Positions 59,378-64,000 of a stretch of DNA of 64,000 nt are shown here, piece after piece; position 1 is the stretch's first letter, and every line of letters begins with the position of its first letter. The position numbers and the translations under genes are program-made. Origin of the DNA: Pseudovirgaria hyperparasitica. Taxonomy: Eukaryota. Location of the stretch: NCBI GenBank assembly GCA_010093815.1, contig ML996565.1, one strand, 5' to 3'. The notes beneath the pieces were generated by a model. That model saw nothing but the letters and a program-made list of their open reading frames with translations, ran no database searches and was not told where the DNA came from.

Positions 59378-62304
59378 TCAGTCGCCGCCATTTTCACTGT
59401 CTGTGCTACCATTGCTCTTCACAGCTAAGCTAATAGCGATCTTCTTCGGCGGCCCATCTTTGCCAGTGGAGATACTTTTTTTCCTTAACCTATGCCCACC
59501 ATTACTGTTGCTACTAATTGTACTGCTTATACTGGCTGTGCTTCCGAAACTGCTCTTGCGACTCTTCGGTGTGGTGAGCTTGCCCAGTTCGTCCTCTTCA
59601 TCTTCTTCACGACGCCGCTTCTCAGCGAGGCGTTCTGGAGGCGTTGATGGAACAGTGGCATTTGTCTGTGAGGGCAGAGTCGGAATACCGTCAGTAGATG
59701 GTTGAGGTTGAGACGCAGCTGAGCTTGAGTCAGAAGAACTGGGTTTCGGGGATCGGTCGGCGGGGTCGATTGCGAGCATGTCCATATCATCGTCGTCGTC
59801 GTCGTCTTCCTCACGGTAGCTGACGAGTGGCCGGACAGGAGAGGCGCCATTCACGGGCTTTGAAGGATGATGAGCAAGAGGATCTTCGTCCTCATCACCG
59901 TCTGAACTATTGAAGTAGGACTCCTCTTCTTGATCTTGCTCTTTCAGACCTTGCCATCGTCCACCGTTGACGTGGTTCCGATTGTCCGGGGTCAAGCTTG
60001 CCGTTTCTTGACTTGGAAAAGACTGGCCCTCCTCGGGCCGTGGTCCAAGAATCATTTGTTCGTATCGGGCAATGAGATTGTGAAATGTATCCACATAAGT
60101 GATACTCAATAACTTTTCACGGTAGTTCTCAACGAGATGCGTCAGAACCTCCTTGCGTGCCTCCTACCAAATATATCAGCGAATGCGATTTGATCAGACC
60201 TAAAAACTCACCCGTCTTACATATTCAAAGATCTCTAGGCATGCTGAATTCAAGAGGTTGTCTCGTGGCATGGTTTCGAACAAAAGATCAAGGATGGGTT
60301 CGAAGAGGCGTTGATCGATAATGTGTTGCGCATAATTACCGTCTTGTAGACCAAGACAAACACGGAAAAATTTCAAAGCCGAAAGTTTGAGATGCTTCTC
60401 CGGGCATCTCAATAGTTGGGCGACCCGGGCAGGAATGTTATCCTGCAAAAAAATATACTTGCTCCTGTTGAAATATTGTCGCAAGAAGAAATTCATGACT
60501 TCCAATAGATGGCTGTAAAGGTAGAAGTCGTTCACTGTCATATCGTTTAGGGTTTCGCGATGCTCTAGATCTTTCAGTGGCTTAAACAGTTTCCTTGCAG
60601 ATTCGTCGTAAAAACTTTGTACGAACGAGTCTGCTTGAGGATTGACAATTGCGCGACTTTGCATACGTGCAAAGAACTCGTTATTGCCTGACTGCTCCCC
60701 ATTTCGGCCCAAAGACGCAAGGTTGGCGTTTGGATCGAGTAGAATCTTTATGGCATCCGCCATCTGATGCTTTACACCCAGATCAGTTTCGACTAAGAGC
60801 AATTCGATGAGCACGTCTGTTATAGGTTTCTGCTTTTCTCTCACAGCGGTGAAGATTTGCGCACGCATGCTAATGGCATCATGATCAATCAGAGCTACCA
60901 GAATATCGGTACCTGCTACGCGGACGCTTGCGTCGGGGTGTCGAAGCGCAAATGTGACGACGTTGAATAGGCCCCCTGCAACAAAGTTCGAATAGAGCTG
61001 CTGGCGAACATTTACCTGGAGGCTTTTTGCAACAGCAGAGCATTGTTGAATGAACAAGACGGCATCTTTCTTCCTTTGTGGCTCGACATCAGGTGATTGG
61101 AAGATGCCGAATAACTCTTTCAAGAACTGTGTGTTCCCTTGTAAATGCTGAACAATGTCAACTTGGTGAAAGAATATAAGAGAATTTAAGACGGAAAAGG
61201 TCGGGTCATCAAGGATACGTGCTAGGACAACGTCTTTAAGGTACTGTAATCGATAAGTGTAATGGATCTTCTTCCTGATTTCGATGTTATCGATCTTGAC
61301 CACCTCTTTGAACCTTGACTCGTCCGAGAGATATTGTCGATGATTCGCTTTGTGGCAGGGAAAGTCGGGATCGTATTCCAATGCGCCAACAACTCCTAGC
61401 ACAACGTCATCGGTAACGACATGTTCTATTATGGCGGTGTCGTTGAGGAGAATGAGAAGTTTCATCATATTGCATAAGCGGTGTAGGTCTGACAGACTCT
61501 CGAGGTCTTCGGCGTCTTCGACAAGAGGGACGAGTTTTCGAATGTAATCGTCAGTCATTATGAATTTCGTCAAGGCGTCACGGCCAGCTTGGGTAGTGTT
61601 GGCATGGCGCATTGCATTTTCGACTTCCGGGAGGTTCTCAAGGTCTGGGGGAGGGAGCATGATCGGGTTATCAATAATATCGTCTGAGAGACCATCGTCT
61701 GTTAGCAAGCCTAGTCAGCGTGTCTGTCATCCAACAGAAAGAGATGGAAACGCACCGGGTCCAAGGAGTTGAGCCAATCTTTGCTGCTCTTGACTAACAA
61801 ATTCCCTGGAGCCAAGTCAATACTACTACCATGGTTCCTGCCACACACAACGTACCAAATCTGCCCACATCCTTCCGCCTCTTGAAAGCTCAATGCCATG
61901 TCAGTGCCATTTTGCTCGGTCCACACGATGAGCGTGTCTGCGGAGAATCTTGTCAGCGGGTGGGTTTTTGTGATACGCGCAGAGTAGGTATTTTTACCCT
62001 GTTGTTTTTGGTACCCATCGTCTTTGGTTATTTTGGTCTCTAGTAAGACTCTTGTGGGCTCATCTTCCGACTGTACAAATATGCGCGCCTCGTCCTGAGT
62101 TCCTGTCAGCACCATGAGGTCACACAGAAAGAGGGCTTTTGCCTTGGCGCAAAACCTGTCGCGCGTCGCGACGACAAGATCAGGACTTACACTCGCTTGT
62201 TGGCCAGTACAGAAGCCTGTCCCCCGGTCGAACCAATCGTTATTCTTGAGCTCATAGACCTTGACACGCTTCCGATCGTTTCCTGGTGGAGCGGCCAAAG
62301 CCAT
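59378..62304 (-). CDS. PSY2: Protein phosphatase 4 regulatory subunit 3 (Psy2/SMEK); ~5 introns
   Basis: RKRVKVYEL..WFDRGTGFC (EVH1), DTLIVW, ALSFQEAEGC, GALEYDP, KIHYTYRLQYLKDVVLAR, RDNLLNSACLE. Confidence 0.94.
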
Positions 62305-63152
62305 ATTAATGACGTTGCACACCTCTGCCGCTCTTCCAGGGCGTTTTTACCCTTGAGAGCAGGACAGAGATATGTTTCGATACGAGCGGAAAGTATATAT
62401 AACTTTCGGGATAACAGGTAAGGAGTGGTTTTGGGTAAATGTGCTGCTGCGGGAATCGCGCGAGGTATGACGGAGAGATCGACGGAGGATGAGTCGAATG
62501 AGGCGCGACACGTCAACAGCGTTCGAGGCGATTCTCCAGCGGCGCAGGCAAAGAGCAAGCGACAGTAACGGGCAACCGTCGACCGAAGAAGAACAAAAGA
62601 TGGGAGATGATGCGGATGGAGACAGGTGCGGTGCCGGTGGTGGTCGCGCGTCGTGTTTGCGCGGTAAGGCTTAGTAGGTAGGTAGGCAGGCAGGTCGGTA
62701 GGTTAGGTAGGGTAGCGATGCGGCTAGTAGGCGATAACGATAACTGGCGTTCCGAAGGCTTCGACGCCTCGAAGACAGTCGAGAAGTGCACGCGACGGCG
62801 TCGAAGATGGCGATGGTGGATGGAAAGGCGACGTCGAAATAGTAGACTGGGCGTAGCTTGAAACACTTGTAGACGGATGACAGCGGGGCTGTTGGGCGCG
62901 TATGTCGTAGATATTAATTATGCTGGTGCTGGGACTGAACCACCTGGATAGGTGGATTCTCCGGAGAGACCTAAGCACGTGCAAGAACGTGGACGCACCA
63001 TGCCAAGGTTCTGCCTCAGGCAGTATTAAAGCGATCGATCATAAGGCTTCCTTGCCAGCACAGACAACATCAAGCCCCCATCTCATCTTTGGAGGGTTTC
63101 TTTTATTTCTGATCTGCTATAATTGCATGTCTGGCATGCTATGTAGCTCTCC

Positions 63153-64000
63153 TCAATACACTCCAACGATAGATCGGATGGCCATCTTGACGCTCTCCAT
63201 CTTTCTCAGTGCGGCTTTCTCCAGAGTTTTGTCTACCGCAATGGTCAATGCCTCATGCACCGCACTCCCCTCAGCGGCAGTCTTGAATTCTGCCAAAGCC
63301 TGCTTAATCTCACTACCTTTTCGCCCAACCTTCGTTGTCTTTTCTCGCCATTGCAGCAGCACATCTGCCGCGTAAATCACACGAAGAGCAAGGACAAATA
63401 CCTCTGGTTTACTAGTCCAGCCTAGAGGTCCATCATACTCATCTCGTGCCGCCTGGGTGAGCGCACCAAGCCCGTCCATCGTCCATGTAGTCAGGACTGC
63501 CGCAAGGTCTGGGGGAATGGCTTTGGCATCCGCAGCGACCAATACGCGTGACCAGATCGAAGTCTCCCTGGAATCGTCGGCGAAGAGATTTTGCTTCTCT
63601 TTAGCGAAAAGTGTTGAGTCTATTGCTCGTACCTGTGCGTAAGTCTCCAAGAATGGTTTCATAGCAGCCGCCCCATCACGCGAATCAAGACCAAGTAACC
63701 GCCAGAGTGCACCATAGAACAGGTCTGAAGACGTGGAGTACTGTCGCGCCATATACTGAGCCAGTCTCGCGCTCGCGATGAGTGGCACTTGCTTCCTCAC
63801 TTGCATTCTTTGAGGGGAAGCGAGGATACGAGCCGCGACACCCGAAGCGACATCTCGTATCTCGTCATCGTCATCTTTCAGGGCATCATATGTAGCAAAC
63901 ATGAGACTGAGTCGTGCTTTATCGAATCCGTTGCCAGGCTGCGTCCAGATATTCTGTAAACCGTCCAGAGAGCGGACGGCAGCGAAGCGCTCATAGAACG
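63153..64000 (-). CDS. TRM732: THADA/Trm732-like HEAT-repeat protein, C-terminal part (truncated by window edge)
   Basis: YDALKDDDDEIRDVA, TLFAKEKQNLF, DGPLGWTSKPEVF motifs as in the fungal THADA C-terminus. Confidence 0.7.
   Translation of the reverse strand, partial: FYERFAAVRSLDGLQNIWTQPGNGFDKARLSLMFATYDALKDDDDEIRDVASGVAARILASPQRMQVRKQVPLIASARLAQYMARQYSTSSDLFYGALWRLLGLDSRDGAAAMKPFLETYAQVRAIDSTLFAKEKQNLFADDSRETSIWSRVLVAADAKAIPPDLAAVLTTWTMDGLGALTQAARDEYDGPLGWTSKPEVFVLALRVIYAADVLLQWREKTTKVGRKGSEIKQALAEFKTAAEGSAVHEALTIAVDKTLEKAALRKMESVKMAIRSIVGVY

Noticed and set aside
62672..62715. Telomere-like or telomerase-template sequence
   Set aside because: Degenerate (TAGG)n microsatellite, not TTAGGG repeats; no TAACCCTAA template noticed in the window

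Overview
Gene-dense eukaryotic DNA from a filamentous ascomycete (Pezizomycotina), judged from short GT-AG introns with CTRAC branch points, a Zn2Cys6 factor and a CFEM/PTH11 gene. About 30 protein-coding loci are supported. Both ends hold conserved housekeeping genes: twinfilin, an Atx2-like ZIP, HAT1, PHF5A/RDS3, pinin, CSN6 and VMS1 on the left; a Zrt3-like ZIP, SNX41/ATG20, PSY2 and TRM732/THADA on the right. The middle (~26.9-50.2 kb) looks accessory: an AT-rich, RIP-like patch with a MITE-like inverted repeat, a mitochondrial-type Ohr, an atypical kinase, orphans, a frameshifted Cys-shifted E2, an O-methyltransferase/Zn2Cys6 pair, a CFEM-PTH11 receptor and a small secreted protein. The most unusual items are: (i) three tRNA-like elements that do not fold as proper tRNAs, two of which keep A-box, B-box and poly-T terminator; (ii) an intronless UBC4-like gene whose catalytic Cys is Ala, with a Cys at the HPN asparagine and a GAAA-repeat frameshift; (iii) a possible unannotated spliced small gene whose long intron carries tandem repeats. 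No CRISPR, rRNA or autonomous transposon/Starship captain was recognised. All calls come from reading motifs by eye; no searches were run, and nothing here is demonstrated to be a new system.
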